From Paludibacteraceae bacterium (GTDB taxonomy: Bacteria > Bacteroidota > Bacteroidia > Bacteroidales > UBA932), in contig CAVHNN010000002.1 in assembly GCA_963637465.1 (NCBI GenBank), forward strand, positions 22,347 to 86,346: DNA of 64,000 nt. Direction: 5' to 3'. How positions within the stretch are numbered: the stretch's first letter is position 1; each line of letters opens with the position of its first letter. The notes beneath the pieces were generated by a model. It was not told where the DNA came from. It saw only the letters and a program-made list of their open reading frames with translations, and did not search any database. The position numbers and the translations under genes were made by a program. Shown in pieces: positions 10,481 through 20,261 of the stretch.

Positions 10481-11205
10481 AATTCACGATAGAATCCAAC
10501 GACAAGGTGGCGAGGGACACTTTCCGCCTGCGGCTCGCATCAGCGGAGTTCGAAGCCTGCCGGAGCGGACAGTTCGTCGACATCGCCCTGGAGGGGTTCT
10601 TCCTGCGGCGGCCGATATCGGTGTGCGACTGCGGCCCGGGAACTCTGACCCTGCTCTACAAGACGGTGGGGGCCGGCACAGGGCAGATGTCCCTGATGCG
10701 CCCGGGAGAGGAGCTTGATCTGCTCTGCGGTCTCGGGCACGGATTCACTCCCGAGTCCTGCCGCTCCAAGGCCCTGCTTCTGGGAGGAGGGCTCGGGGCC
10801 GCGCCGCTGCATCTTCTCGCCAAGGAGCTGCTCGCCTCAGGCAGGAGCGTCAGCGTGGCGCTCGGATTCAACAGGGCGGACGAGATAGTGCTCTCCGATG
10901 AATACCGCGCCCTCGGGATAACGCCCCTCATCGCCACTCTCGACGGCAGCGCAGGGGTCAAGGGCTTCGTGACGGACGCCGTCAGGCAGGCTGCTCCGGA
11001 GTATGATTTCTTCTACACCTGCGGGCCGCTGAAGATGATGCAGGCCGTCTGCTCCGGGCTCGACCGCCCGGGAGAGGCCTCTCTGGAAGAGAGGATGGGC
11101 TGCGGGGTGGGCTTCTGCTACGGCTGCAGCTGCCACACCACAGTCGGAGCCAAAAGGATATGCAAGGACGGCCCCGTATTCAGAAAGGAGGATATAATAT
11201 GGTAA
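10468..11205 (+). CDS. pyrK: Dihydroorotate dehydrogenase electron-transfer subunit
   Basis: 245 aa ferredoxin-reductase-like fold with RRPISV and a C-terminal CGxGxCxGC...C cluster. Overlaps pyrC by 13 nt. Confidence 0.88.
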   Translation: MQKLKFTIESNDKVARDTFRLRLASAEFEACRSGQFVDIALEGFFLRRPISVCDCGPGTLTLLYKTVGAGTGQMSLMRPGEELDLLCGLGHGFTPESCRSKALLLGGGLGAAPLHLLAKELLASGRSVSVALGFNRADEIVLSDEYRALGITPLIATLDGSAGVKGFVTDAVRQAAPEYDFFYTCGPLKMMQAVCSGLDRPGEASLEERMGCGVGFCYGCSCHTTVGAKRICKDGPVFRKEDIIW

Positions 11206-12110
11206 GGAATCTTTCGGTGAATCTCTGCGGGATTCGCCTCGACAACCCCGTGATTCCCGCCAGCGGGACTTTCGGCTTCGGGCTTGAGATGGCGGATGCG
11301 TTCGACCTCAACATACTCGGAGGCATCAGCCTCAAGGGGACTACGGAAGAGGCGCGCTTCGGCAACCCGACGCCGCGCATAGCGGAGTGCGAAGGAGGGA
11401 TGATCAACTCCGTCGGGCTCCAGAACCCGGGCATCGACGCTCTGGTAAGGGATAAAGTCCCGTCACTCAGGAAGATATATCACAAGGTCGTGATTGCCAA
11501 CATCAGCGGCTTCTCCGTCGGGGAGTATTCGCGCAACTGCGCCAAGGCCGATGCGTGCGAGGGCATAGACATCGTGGAAGTCAACGTCTCCTGCCCCAAC
11601 GTCCACAACGGCGGCATGGCCTTCGGGACGAGCGCCAAGGCGGCGGCGCAGGTGACGGCGGCGGTCAAGGCCGTGTGCCGCAAGCCCGTGTTCGTCAAGC
11701 TCAGCCCCAACGTGACGGACATAGTGGAGATTGCCCGCGCCTGCGAAGATGCGGGGGCGGACGGACTGACGCTCATCAACACCCTGCTCGGGATGAGGAT
11801 AGACATCCGCCGGCGCAGACCTGTCGTGGCTGCCGGGATGGGGGGATTCTCCGGACGGGCCGTGTTCCCTGTGGCCCTCAGGATGGTGTATCAGGTCTCG
11901 AAGGCCTGCAAGATACCGGTGATGGGCTGCGGCGGCGTGGCAAGCGCGGAGGACGTGGTGGAGATGATGATGGCGGGAGCCTGTGCAGTGCAGGTCGGGG
12001 CGGAGAACATCCGCAACCCCTACGCCTGCCAGGAGATCGTCACCGCCCTCCCGGGGCTCACAGAAAGCCTTGGGATAGAGAGACTTGAAGATATAATAGG
12101 AATCATATAA
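11199..12110 (+). CDS. pyrD: Dihydroorotate dehydrogenase, class 1B catalytic subunit
   Basis: Start at ATG 11199 (MVRNLSVNLCGIRLDNPVIPASGTFGFG) overlaps the pyrK stop. Pairing with pyrK indicates class 1B. Confidence 0.9.
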   Translation: MVRNLSVNLCGIRLDNPVIPASGTFGFGLEMADAFDLNILGGISLKGTTEEARFGNPTPRIAECEGGMINSVGLQNPGIDALVRDKVPSLRKIYHKVVIANISGFSVGEYSRNCAKADACEGIDIVEVNVSCPNVHNGGMAFGTSAKAAAQVTAAVKAVCRKPVFVKLSPNVTDIVEIARACEDAGADGLTLINTLLGMRIDIRRRRPVVAAGMGGFSGRAVFPVALRMVYQVSKACKIPVMGCGGVASAEDVVEMMMAGACAVQVGAENIRNPYACQEIVTALPGLTESLGIERLEDIIGII

Positions 12111-12114
12111 AAGT

Positions 12115-12723
12115 ATGGAGAGAATCATTGCAAAGGAGCTTCTTTCAATAGGAGCCGTGTTCCTCCGCCCGGAGGATCCGTTTACCTGGGCCAGCGGCAT
12201 CAAGAGCCCTATCTATTGTGACAACCGGCTGACCCTCTCGGCCCCGGAAGTCAGGCAGAAAATCGAAGTGGGCCTAGCCTCGCTCGTGATGAAGCACTAC
12301 CCGGAGTGCCAGATGCTGATGGGCACCTCGACGGCGGGCATCGCCCACGCCGCCATCACCGCCTCCATACTCGGGCTGCCGATGGGCTATGTGCGCTCGG
12401 AAGCCAAGAGCCACGGACGCGGCAACAGGATCGAGGGCCGGATGGACAAGGGGACCAAGGTCGTGGTGATCGAGGACCTCATCTCCACCGGAGGAAGCGC
12501 CATCGAAGTGGTGGAGGCGCTCCGCGAGGAAGGGGCCGAGGTGCTGGGCATCGCCAGCATCTTCACCTACGGCATCAAGAAGGGGCTGATGAGGATAGCT
12601 GAGGCGGAGACGGTCAACTATTCGCTCAGCAACCTCGACACTCTCGTGGAAGTGGCCGTGGAGCAGGGATACGTGGCTCCGGAGTGGAAGAACAAGATAA
12701 TCGAATTCAGGGACAGCCTATGA
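12115..12723 (+). CDS. pyrE: Orotate phosphoribosyltransferase
   Basis: 202 aa with the PRPP-binding motif VVVIEDLISTGGS. Confidence 0.9.
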   Translation: MERIIAKELLSIGAVFLRPEDPFTWASGIKSPIYCDNRLTLSAPEVRQKIEVGLASLVMKHYPECQMLMGTSTAGIAHAAITASILGLPMGYVRSEAKSHGRGNRIEGRMDKGTKVVVIEDLISTGGSAIEVVEALREEGAEVLGIASIFTYGIKKGLMRIAEAETVNYSLSNLDTLVEVAVEQGYVAPEWKNKIIEFRDSL

Positions 12724-13796
12724 AACACCTTATAGACCCGACTGACCTCAGCCGCGAGGAGACCGACCGGATAATCACCCTCGCCGAAGAGATCATCAGC
12801 GACAGGACGAAATATCAGAGCCTGATGGAGCACCGCAAGCTCGCGACCCTCTTCTATGAGCCGAGCACCCGCACGCGGCTCAGCTTCACCTCCGCCATGA
12901 TGGAGCTCGGGGGAGGCGTGCTCGGATTTTCGGATGCCAAGAACTCCTCCGTCAGCAAGGGGGAGACGGTGCAGGACACAATAAGGGTGGTGGGGTGCTT
13001 TGCGGACATCATCGCGATGCGCCACCATCTCGAAGGGGCTCCCCTCGTGGCCGCCGAAGTGGCCAAAGTGCCGATAATCAACGCGGGGGACGGCAGCCAC
13101 AGCCACCCTACACAGACCCTGACCGACCTTCTGACCATCAAGCGCGAACTCGGGAGGATAGACGGCATCACGATCGGCTTCTGCGGAGACCTGCGCTTCG
13201 GCCGCACGGTGCATTCCCTCATCAAGGCCCTCTCGCGCTATGAGAACGTGCGCGTGATTCTGATCGCCCCGGACGAGCTCAGGCTTCCGGACTACATCAA
13301 GCAGGATGTCTGCGAGGGCAAGGGTATTCAGTACAGGGAGACCGACAATCTGGACGAGGCCCTGCCCGAGCTTGACGTGCTCTACATGACGAGGGTTCAG
13401 AAGGAGCGCTTCCTCGACGAGGACGAGTTCGACAGGGTGAAGGACAGCTTCGTGCTGGACGGCAGGAGGATGTCCCTCGCCAAGGAGAAGATGGCCGTGC
13501 TGCATCCGCTCCCGAGGGTCAACGAAATCCTCACCGAGGTGGACGACGACCCCCGCGCGGCGTATTTCCGTCAGGTGGAGAACGGCAAGTTCGTCCGTAT
13601 GGCGCTGATATGTAAGCTCTTGGAGTGGAAGGACGACAGCGCCCACAGCATGCCGGAGCAGAAATGGCTGACAGACCCGGCCTTGCACTGCGGCAACCCC
13701 AAGTGCATCTGCAACAACGAGAAAGTCCAGCCCCGCTTCAAGCAGGCCGCCGGCGGCGTGACCCGCTGCTGGTACTGCGACGCCAAGGTGAAATAG
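12720..13796 (+). CDS. pyrB: Aspartate carbamoyltransferase catalytic chain fused to a PyrI-like zinc domain
   Basis: ATGA overlap with pyrE. STRTR, HPTQ and HPLPR motifs present. About 50 extra C-terminal residues carry C-x4-C-x20-C-x2-C (HCGNPKCI...RCWYCD), like the PyrI Zn domain. Confidence 0.88.
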   Translation: MKHLIDPTDLSREETDRIITLAEEIISDRTKYQSLMEHRKLATLFYEPSTRTRLSFTSAMMELGGGVLGFSDAKNSSVSKGETVQDTIRVVGCFADIIAMRHHLEGAPLVAAEVAKVPIINAGDGSHSHPTQTLTDLLTIKRELGRIDGITIGFCGDLRFGRTVHSLIKALSRYENVRVILIAPDELRLPDYIKQDVCEGKGIQYRETDNLDEALPELDVLYMTRVQKERFLDEDEFDRVKDSFVLDGRRMSLAKEKMAVLHPLPRVNEILTEVDDDPRAAYFRQVENGKFVRMALICKLLEWKDDSAHSMPEQKWLTDPALHCGNPKCICNNEKVQPRFKQAAGGVTRCWYCDAKVK

Positions 13797-13806
13797 AACG
13801 AAGTCC

Positions 13807-13820
13807 GGCGGAGTCCCGCC
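13807..13820. terminator. Weak GC hairpin between convergent pyrB and uvrB
   Basis: GGCGG-agtc-CCGCC followed by TTATTTCTCTTT. The stem is only 5 bp. Confidence 0.3.
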
Positions 13821-15965
13821 TTATTTCTCTTTCCAGACTTTAAGGTATTCCTGAAGCGCCCACATCTCGTCGCGGTAGCGCGCCGCGTGGGTGAAGTCCA
13901 GGTCGGCGGCGGACTTCTTCATCCTGCGGCGGTCCTCCTCGATGAGCTTCTCCACCTGCTCCCGGGACATCGAGCGTATCACCGGATCCTGTAGAACTGC
14001 GGCGAGATCGGCCTTGACCTTGCCTTCGGCGAAAGCGGCTCCCGCCTCGCGCAGCGCGGCATGGCCGAAGCCGACGCTGACCCGGCCCTTCCCGAGTTCG
14101 GAAGGGTTCGGGACATAGACCGGAGCGTCGTAGGAGTTGGCGGCGCTGACCCGCCCCGTGGTGCCGCCGGCGAGGTTTTTCGCAAGGACGTTCTGACGCA
14201 CCTGCACCTGCTTCGGGACGATATGATGCAATTCATTGTATTCCACCTGCTTTCTGCGGCGGCGGTCGGTCTCGCGGATAGTCTGCTCCATCGACGCTGT
14301 CACGGAGTCGGCATACATTATCACGAGTCCGTTGACATTGCGGGCGGCGCGGCCGGCCGTCTGGGTCAGGGCCCGCCCCGTGCGGAGGAACCCCTCCTTG
14401 TCCGCGTCAAGTATGGCCACGAGCGACACCGACGGGATATCCAGACCCTCGCGGAGCAGGTTCACCCCGACAAGCACGTCGAAGAGGCCCATCTTGAAGT
14501 CCTCTATGATTTCCACCCTCTCGGCCGTGTCCACGTCGGAATGGATGTAACGCACGCGGATTCCTATCTTGCGCAGATATTCGTCCAGCTCTTCGGCCAT
14601 CCTCTTGGTGAGCGTGGTGACAAGGGTGCGCTCGTCGCGTTCGGAACGCCTGCGTATCTCTTCGACGAGGTCGTCCACCTGATTTTTGGTAGGTCTCACC
14701 TCTATCGGAGGGTCGAGCAGGCCCGTCGGCCTCACCACCTGCTCCACCACGAGGCCTCCGGATTTCTCCAGCTCGTAGTCCGCCGGGGTCGCGCTCACAT
14801 AGACCCTCTGACCGGTGATGGCCTCGAACTCCTCGAACTTGAGCGGCCGGTTGTCGGACGCCGCCGGAAGCCGGAAGCCGTAGTCTATCAGAACCGACTT
14901 GCGGGAATGGTCGCCGCCGTACATCGCCCTGACCTGGGGGAGGGTGACGTGGCTCTCGTCGATGAAGGTGACGAAGTCCTTGGGGAAATAGTCGATCAGA
15001 CAGAACGGCCTCTGCCCCTCCCGGCGGCCGTCGAAGTATCTGGAGTAGTTCTCGATGCCGGGGCAGTATCCCATCTCCTTTATCATCTCGAGATCGTATT
15101 CCACCCTCTGCTTGAGGCGTTTGGCTTCAAGTTCGCGCCCCTGCTCAGTGAAGACCTGCATCTGGCGGACGAGGTCGTCCTGAATCTGGGACACCGCCGC
15201 CGCGCTGCGCTCCTTGGTGGTGACGAAGTTGTTGGCCGGATAGATGCTTATCTCGTCAACGTCCTCGATATGGGCTCCGGTCACCGGGTCTATAAGGCTC
15301 AGGGAATCCACCTCGTCTCCGAAAAACTCTATCCGCACCGCCTCGTCGGCCCCGCTCAGATAGACGTCGACCGTGTCCCCCCTGACCCGGAATGACCCCC
15401 TCTTGAACTCCGCTTCGGTACGGTTGTAGAGCCCCTCGACAAGCCGGTAGAGAAGGCCGGTCAGGCTGCGCGTCTCCCCTCTGCGGACGGTCACGGTCTG
15501 CGCGTGGAAGTCCTCCGGATTGCCTATTCCGTAGAGGCAGGAGACGGAGGAGACCACTATCACGTCCCGCCGCCCCGACATCAGGGCGCTCGCTGCGCTC
15601 AAGCGCAGCTTCTCTATGCGGTCGTTGATGCTGAGGTCCTTCTCTATGTAGGTGTCGCTCGAAGGGATGTAGGCCTCCGGCTGGTAGTAGTCGTAGTAGG
15701 AGACGAAGTACTCCACGGCGTTGTCGGGAAAGAAGGACTTGAACTCGCCGTAGAGCTGAGCCGCGAGAGTCTTGTTGTGGCTGAGAATCAGCGCGGGGCG
15801 CTGGAGGCGCTCGATGACGCCGGCCATCGTGAAAGTCTTTCCGGAGCCTGTCACGCCGAGCAGGGTCACGTCGCCCACCCCGGAATCCAGAGCCGAGCAG
15901 AGCTGGTTTATCGCCTCCGGCTGGTCTCCCGACGGGCTGTATTCTGACTGGAGATGAAACTTCAT
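13821..15965 (-). CDS. uvrB: Excinuclease ABC subunit B
   Basis: 714 aa with [20 protein letters not shown], helicase motifs and a C-terminal UVR domain. Confidence 0.95.
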   Translation of the reverse strand: MKFHLQSEYSPSGDQPEAINQLCSALDSGVGDVTLLGVTGSGKTFTMAGVIERLQRPALILSHNKTLAAQLYGEFKSFFPDNAVEYFVSYYDYYQPEAYIPSSDTYIEKDLSINDRIEKLRLSAASALMSGRRDVIVVSSVSCLYGIGNPEDFHAQTVTVRRGETRSLTGLLYRLVEGLYNRTEAEFKRGSFRVRGDTVDVYLSGADEAVRIEFFGDEVDSLSLIDPVTGAHIEDVDEISIYPANNFVTTKERSAAAVSQIQDDLVRQMQVFTEQGRELEAKRLKQRVEYDLEMIKEMGYCPGIENYSRYFDGRREGQRPFCLIDYFPKDFVTFIDESHVTLPQVRAMYGGDHSRKSVLIDYGFRLPAASDNRPLKFEEFEAITGQRVYVSATPADYELEKSGGLVVEQVVRPTGLLDPPIEVRPTKNQVDDLVEEIRRRSERDERTLVTTLTKRMAEELDEYLRKIGIRVRYIHSDVDTAERVEIIEDFKMGLFDVLVGVNLLREGLDIPSVSLVAILDADKEGFLRTGRALTQTAGRAARNVNGLVIMYADSVTASMEQTIRETDRRRRKQVEYNELHHIVPKQVQVRQNVLAKNLAGGTTGRVSAANSYDAPVYVPNPSELGKGRVSVGFGHAALREAGAAFAEGKVKADLAAVLQDPVIRSMSREQVEKLIEEDRRRMKKSAADLDFTHAARYRDEMWALQEYLKVWKEK

Positions 15966-15966
15966 A

Positions 15967-17262
15967 CTACAGTATTCTCGCCAGATCGTTGCCGAACGCC
16001 AGGAACATCAGCGCGAAGAGCAGGGCCATCCCCAGCACCTGCGCCGCGACGAGGAACTTCTCGCCAGGCTTGCGCCCGGTGACGATTTCATAGAAAGTGA
16101 AGAGGATATGGCCTCCGTCGAGGGCGGGAATCGGGATGAGGTTCATCACGGCAAGCATTATGGACAGCAGCGAGAGGATGCTGAGGAACTGATACCAGTC
16201 CCAGCTGGAAGGGAAGACCTGCCCAATGGCGATGAAGCTCCCCACCGACTTGTACGCCCCGGTCGAAGGGCGCACCAGCAGTCCGAGATCCCTTACGTAA
16301 CCGCCTATGGTGCTGCCTGTCAGCTTGATGCCGGCAGGAATGGCCTGCGGGAGAGTGTAGCGTTTCACTTCCATGGACGGCATTCCCATGTACACCCCGA
16401 TGCGCCCGGAAGTATCGACCTTGACCGGCACCGAAAGCGTATCGCCCGCCCGGATGAGCGTGGCCGTCACGGTGCTGTCCTTCATCGAGGCGAGCACCGG
16501 CCGCGAATCCTGGAGATACTCCACCCCCCTTCCTCCGAAGGCGACGATTCTGTCCCCGCGCATAAGGCCGGAAGCAGAATTGGGGCCCTGTGCGACCGAG
16601 TCCACGACAAAAGGCACGGCAAGGTCGAACATCAGAGGAGAATTGAGCACCTCCCCTATCTTCGACTGGTCTATGTAGATGTCGAGCGTGTCCGCGCCCC
16701 GCAGAACCGTGGCCTTGCGGACGTCACGCCGGGCGAGATCCGCCTGCAGCATGGAGAAATTCTCCGGAACGTAGTCGTCGAAGCTCAGAATCCTGTCCCC
16801 GGTGCGGAAACCCATCTCATACGCCAGATCGTTGACATAGATGCGGTTGCCGCTGTTGCTCAGATACGACTGACCCCACACGGAGAGTATCAGGACATAG
16901 CCTATGACGGCGAAAATGAAGTTGTTTATCACGCCTCCCGCCATCACCAGCAGCCGCTGCCAGGCCGGATGAGAGCGGAACTCCCAGGCTTGCGGAGCCT
17001 TGTGCATCTGCTCCAGGTCCATCGACTCGTCGATCATCCCGGAAATCTTGCAATAGCCGCCGAAAGGCAGCCAGCCGATACCGAACTCGGTATCCCCCCA
17101 TTTCCAGCGGGCAATGGCCCTGCCTCCGATGTCGAAGAAGAGGTAGAACTTCTCGACCCGGATTCCGAATATCCTGGCCCAGAGAAAATGCCCCGCCTCA
17201 TGGATGAGGATGAGCAGGGAAAGCGCAAGAATTACCTGCAGAGTCTTAATTAATATAACCAT
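15967..17262 (-). CDS. rseP: RIP metalloprotease (site-2 protease) RseP
   Basis: 431 aa with HEAGHF zinc motif, PDZ-like middle region and multiple TM segments. The dxr-rseP adjacency is conserved. Confidence 0.88.
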   Translation of the reverse strand: MVILIKTLQVILALSLLILIHEAGHFLWARIFGIRVEKFYLFFDIGGRAIARWKWGDTEFGIGWLPFGGYCKISGMIDESMDLEQMHKAPQAWEFRSHPAWQRLLVMAGGVINNFIFAVIGYVLILSVWGQSYLSNSGNRIYVNDLAYEMGFRTGDRILSFDDYVPENFSMLQADLARRDVRKATVLRGADTLDIYIDQSKIGEVLNSPLMFDLAVPFVVDSVAQGPNSASGLMRGDRIVAFGGRGVEYLQDSRPVLASMKDSTVTATLIRAGDTLSVPVKVDTSGRIGVYMGMPSMEVKRYTLPQAIPAGIKLTGSTIGGYVRDLGLLVRPSTGAYKSVGSFIAIGQVFPSSWDWYQFLSILSLLSIMLAVMNLIPIPALDGGHILFTFYEIVTGRKPGEKFLVAAQVLGMALLFALMFLAFGNDLARIL

Positions 17263-18400
17263 CGGCTATTGACGCGACCTCACTGTTGGTCCTGAAGATG
17301 TCATCAAGTCCCGGATTCTCGACAAAATCCAGGCCATCCAGACAACGCTCATTGATTTTGGCGATATCATAGAAACCTATCAGTCCCTTGAGATACGCCG
17401 CCACGGCCACTTCGTTGGCCGCATTGAGGGCGCACGGAGCATTGCCGCCCCTGCGGATGGCCTCGTAGGCCAGCTCAAGGCAGGGGAAGCGCTTCAGATC
17501 CGGAGCTTCGAAGGTCAGACGCCCGAGCGAGGCGAAGTCCAGCTTGCGGTTGCCGACCGTCAGCCGTGAGGGGAAACCGAGGGCGAAGCCTATCGGCTCC
17601 CGCATGTCGGGACAGCCGAGCTGGGCGATTACCGCCCCGTCCACGAACTCGACCATGGAATGCACTATCGACTCCGGGTGCACCACCACGCTGATGCGCT
17701 CCGCGCTGACGTCGAAAAGCCAGCGGGCCTCGATTACCTCGAAACCCTTGTTCATCATGGTGGCCGAGTCTATCGTGACCTTGGAACCCATGTTCCAGTT
17801 CGGATGCTTGAGAGCGTCAGCGGCGGTGGCCGCCGCAATCCGGCCCCTGTCCCAGGTGCGGAACGGGCCTCCGGAAGCGGTCAGGTGTATTTTCTCGACC
17901 TCGTTGCCCTGCGCTGCGAGCAGGCACTGAAATATCGCCGAATGTTCGGAGTCCACAGGGAGTATCACACCCCCGTGAGCGCGCATGGTCCCGGTGACCA
18001 GGGCTCCGGCCGCCACGAGAGTCTCCTTGTTGGCGAGCGCCACTATCTTCCCGGCCTCAAGGGCGGCGAGCGTAGGACGCAGCCCGCTGAAGCCCACCAT
18101 CGCACCGACGACGATGTCCACGGAGGGCATGCGCACGAGGTCGCACAGGCTGTCCACGCCGGCCCATACCTTTATGCCGCGCGGCTGGAGAGCGTCCGCC
18201 ACCTTGCGATATCGGGACTCGTCACAGATCACCACGTTCGCGGCGTCGAACTCTATGGCCTGGCTCACAAGCAGATCCGCGCTGCTCCGCGCGGAAATCA
18301 GTTCAAGCTCGAAAAGATCCGGGTGCTGCCGTATGACGTCAAGCGTCTGGGTGCCGATAGAGCCGGTGGAGCCAAGTATCGCGATTTTTCTCTTATTCAT
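17246..18400 (-). CDS. dxr: 1-deoxy-D-xylulose 5-phosphate reductoisomerase
   Basis: 384 aa with GSTGSIG NADPH motif, LANKE, and the full DXP reductoisomerase pattern. Confidence 0.93.
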   Translation of the reverse strand: MNKRKIAILGSTGSIGTQTLDVIRQHPDLFELELISARSSADLLVSQAIEFDAANVVICDESRYRKVADALQPRGIKVWAGVDSLCDLVRMPSVDIVVGAMVGFSGLRPTLAALEAGKIVALANKETLVAAGALVTGTMRAHGGVILPVDSEHSAIFQCLLAAQGNEVEKIHLTASGGPFRTWDRGRIAAATAADALKHPNWNMGSKVTIDSATMMNKGFEVIEARWLFDVSAERISVVVHPESIVHSMVEFVDGAVIAQLGCPDMREPIGFALGFPSRLTVGNRKLDFASLGRLTFEAPDLKRFPCLELAYEAIRRGGNAPCALNAANEVAVAAYLKGLIGFYDIAKINERCLDGLDFVENPGLDDIFRTNSEVASIADGYIN

Positions 18401-18402
18401 GA

Positions 18403-19260
18403 CTAAAAACTTATGAACTGGACAGGATTGAGAGGACGCCCATTGTGCCAGAGTTCGAAATGCAGGCTCCCCTTGCCCGCGGCCCCGTCCGCGCCGCCCG
18501 AAAGGGCTATCGGCGTGCCCGCCTTGAGCTCATCGCCCTGCTGCCTGAGAATCTTGCTGTTGTTTGCGTAGATGCTGAGCAGATTGTTCTTGTGCTGCAG
18601 CATCAGGACATACTCCTTCTCCTCGTTCCACCCGCTGTATATCACCACGCCGTCGAGCACGGCGCTCACGACGCTGCCCGCAGGAGCGACTATGTCCACT
18701 CCGGGATGGGTGAGGTTGTCAAAGCCCTCTGAAACCACCCCTTTGACCGGGGAGAAGAAATGCATGCCCTCGGCCGGGAGGGATTTCGCGGAGGCGTTCC
18801 CCTCGCTGACCCCGAACTTCTCCTCCTTGCGCACGGTCTCGCGCAGCACGGAATCCTGTTTTGAGAGCTCCTCCACCGACTTGTCGGAAAGGTACCTCAG
18901 AGACTTTCCGTCGAACAGACTGTCAAGGCTGAGCGTGCTCTCCCCCGCCAGCACGCGCGAGAGATTCTCCGCATAGAGATTCCAGCGCATCACCGCGCTT
19001 TCGAGAGAGTCCACCTTGATGGCGTTGGCCAGGGAGGTGCGCTTGAAGTTGGCGTCGGGATAGCCCGGTATGGAGAGACGCACGGGAGTGAAAGCTATGA
19101 TGCAGTATATCAGAAGAACCGCCGCCACCACGACCGTCACGGCGAAACAGATGAAGCGGGTCTTGGTGAACAGCACGGTCCGTATGCCCTCGTGGGTGTC
19201 AGCGTCCACAAGCGAAAGCCTGTAGAACTTATGTCTGCTGTCCGGATTTTGTCGTCCCAT
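18403..19260 (-). CDS. M23 family metallopeptidase, membrane anchored
   Basis: 285 aa with an N-terminal TM helix, HPGVDI and HLHFELW (the HxxxD / HxH LytM motifs). Confidence 0.8.
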   Translation of the reverse strand: MGRQNPDSRHKFYRLSLVDADTHEGIRTVLFTKTRFICFAVTVVVAAVLLIYCIIAFTPVRLSIPGYPDANFKRTSLANAIKVDSLESAVMRWNLYAENLSRVLAGESTLSLDSLFDGKSLRYLSDKSVEELSKQDSVLRETVRKEEKFGVSEGNASAKSLPAEGMHFFSPVKGVVSEGFDNLTHPGVDIVAPAGSVVSAVLDGVVIYSGWNEEKEYVLMLQHKNNLLSIYANNSKILRQQGDELKAGTPIALSGGADGAAGKGSLHFELWHNGRPLNPVQFISF

Positions 19261-19283
19261 ACTTTTTATTTAATTTCGCGCCG

Positions 19284-19706
19284 ATGAAAAGGTCAATCGG
19301 GATAGACTACGGCAAGGCCAGAGTGGGAGTCGCGGTAAGCGATCCGCTCGGCATCTTCGCATCTCCGTCCGAAACCGTTCCGACTGCAAAGATAATAGAA
19401 TATCTCCAAAATTACTCCCGCACGGAGGACATCGGGGTGTTCGTGGTGGGCTATCCGCTCAATCTCAACGGAGCCCCCGCCCAGTGCGCCCCGGAAGTGG
19501 ACAAGTTCCTGAAAGTGCTCCGCAAGGCTTTCCCGGACACCACCATAGCCCTGGAGGACGAGAGGTTCACCTCGGTGCTCGCCCACAGGGCGATGATAGA
19601 CGGCGGGATGAAGAAAAGCGACCGCAGGGACAAGGCTCAGACGGACAAGATCAGCGCGGCAATAATTTTGCAGGGCTATCTCGACAAGCAAACAAATAAA
19701 AAATGA
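19284..19706 (+). CDS. ruvX: Holliday junction resolvase-like nuclease RuvX (YqgF)
   Basis: 140 aa of YqgF pattern: IGIDYGKARVGVAVSD. Confidence 0.88.
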   Translation: MKRSIGIDYGKARVGVAVSDPLGIFASPSETVPTAKIIEYLQNYSRTEDIGVFVVGYPLNLNGAPAQCAPEVDKFLKVLRKAFPDTTIALEDERFTSVLAHRAMIDGGMKKSDRRDKAQTDKISAAIILQGYLDKQTNKK

Positions 19707-20257
19707 TACAGCCCATATATCTCTATGGTTCCGGGGTGCTGCGCGAAGTGGCCGCCCCTGCGGACCTCAACGACAAGGAGGGAGTCTCCGCCCTCGTAAA
19801 GGATCTCTGGGAGACCCTCGCGGCCTCGGACGGCTGCGGTCTGGCCGCCCCGCAGATCGGAGACGGCAGAAGAGTCGCCGTGGTGGACGGGGACGTGATG
19901 TCAGACGTCTATCCCTACCTCAAAGGATTCAAACGCACTTTCATCAACCCGGTGATACTCTCCGAGAGCGAGAGCAGCTGCGAATACAACGAAGGCTGCC
20001 TCAGCGTCCCCGGCATCTACGCGGACGTGCGCAGGAGCGAGAGCATCGAGGTCGAATACTATGACGAGAACTTCGAGAAGAAGACGGAGAGTTTCGACAA
20101 GTTCGCCGCGAGGATGATCCAGCACGAGTTCTCCCACCTCGACGGGGTGCTCTTCACGGATCTGGTGGCTCCGGTGCGCAAGAAGATGATTTCAAGAAAG
20201 CTCCAGAGCATCGCCCGGGGCAAGGTGGGCACCTCATACAAATCCAAAATCAAGTAA
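19703..20257 (+). CDS. def: Peptide deformylase
   Basis: EGCLSVPG and QHEFSHLDG motifs. ATGA overlap with ruvX. Confidence 0.93.
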   Translation: MIQPIYLYGSGVLREVAAPADLNDKEGVSALVKDLWETLAASDGCGLAAPQIGDGRRVAVVDGDVMSDVYPYLKGFKRTFINPVILSESESSCEYNEGCLSVPGIYADVRRSESIEVEYYDENFEKKTESFDKFAARMIQHEFSHLDGVLFTDLVAPVRKKMISRKLQSIARGKVGTSYKSKIK

Positions 20258-20261
20258 AAGA

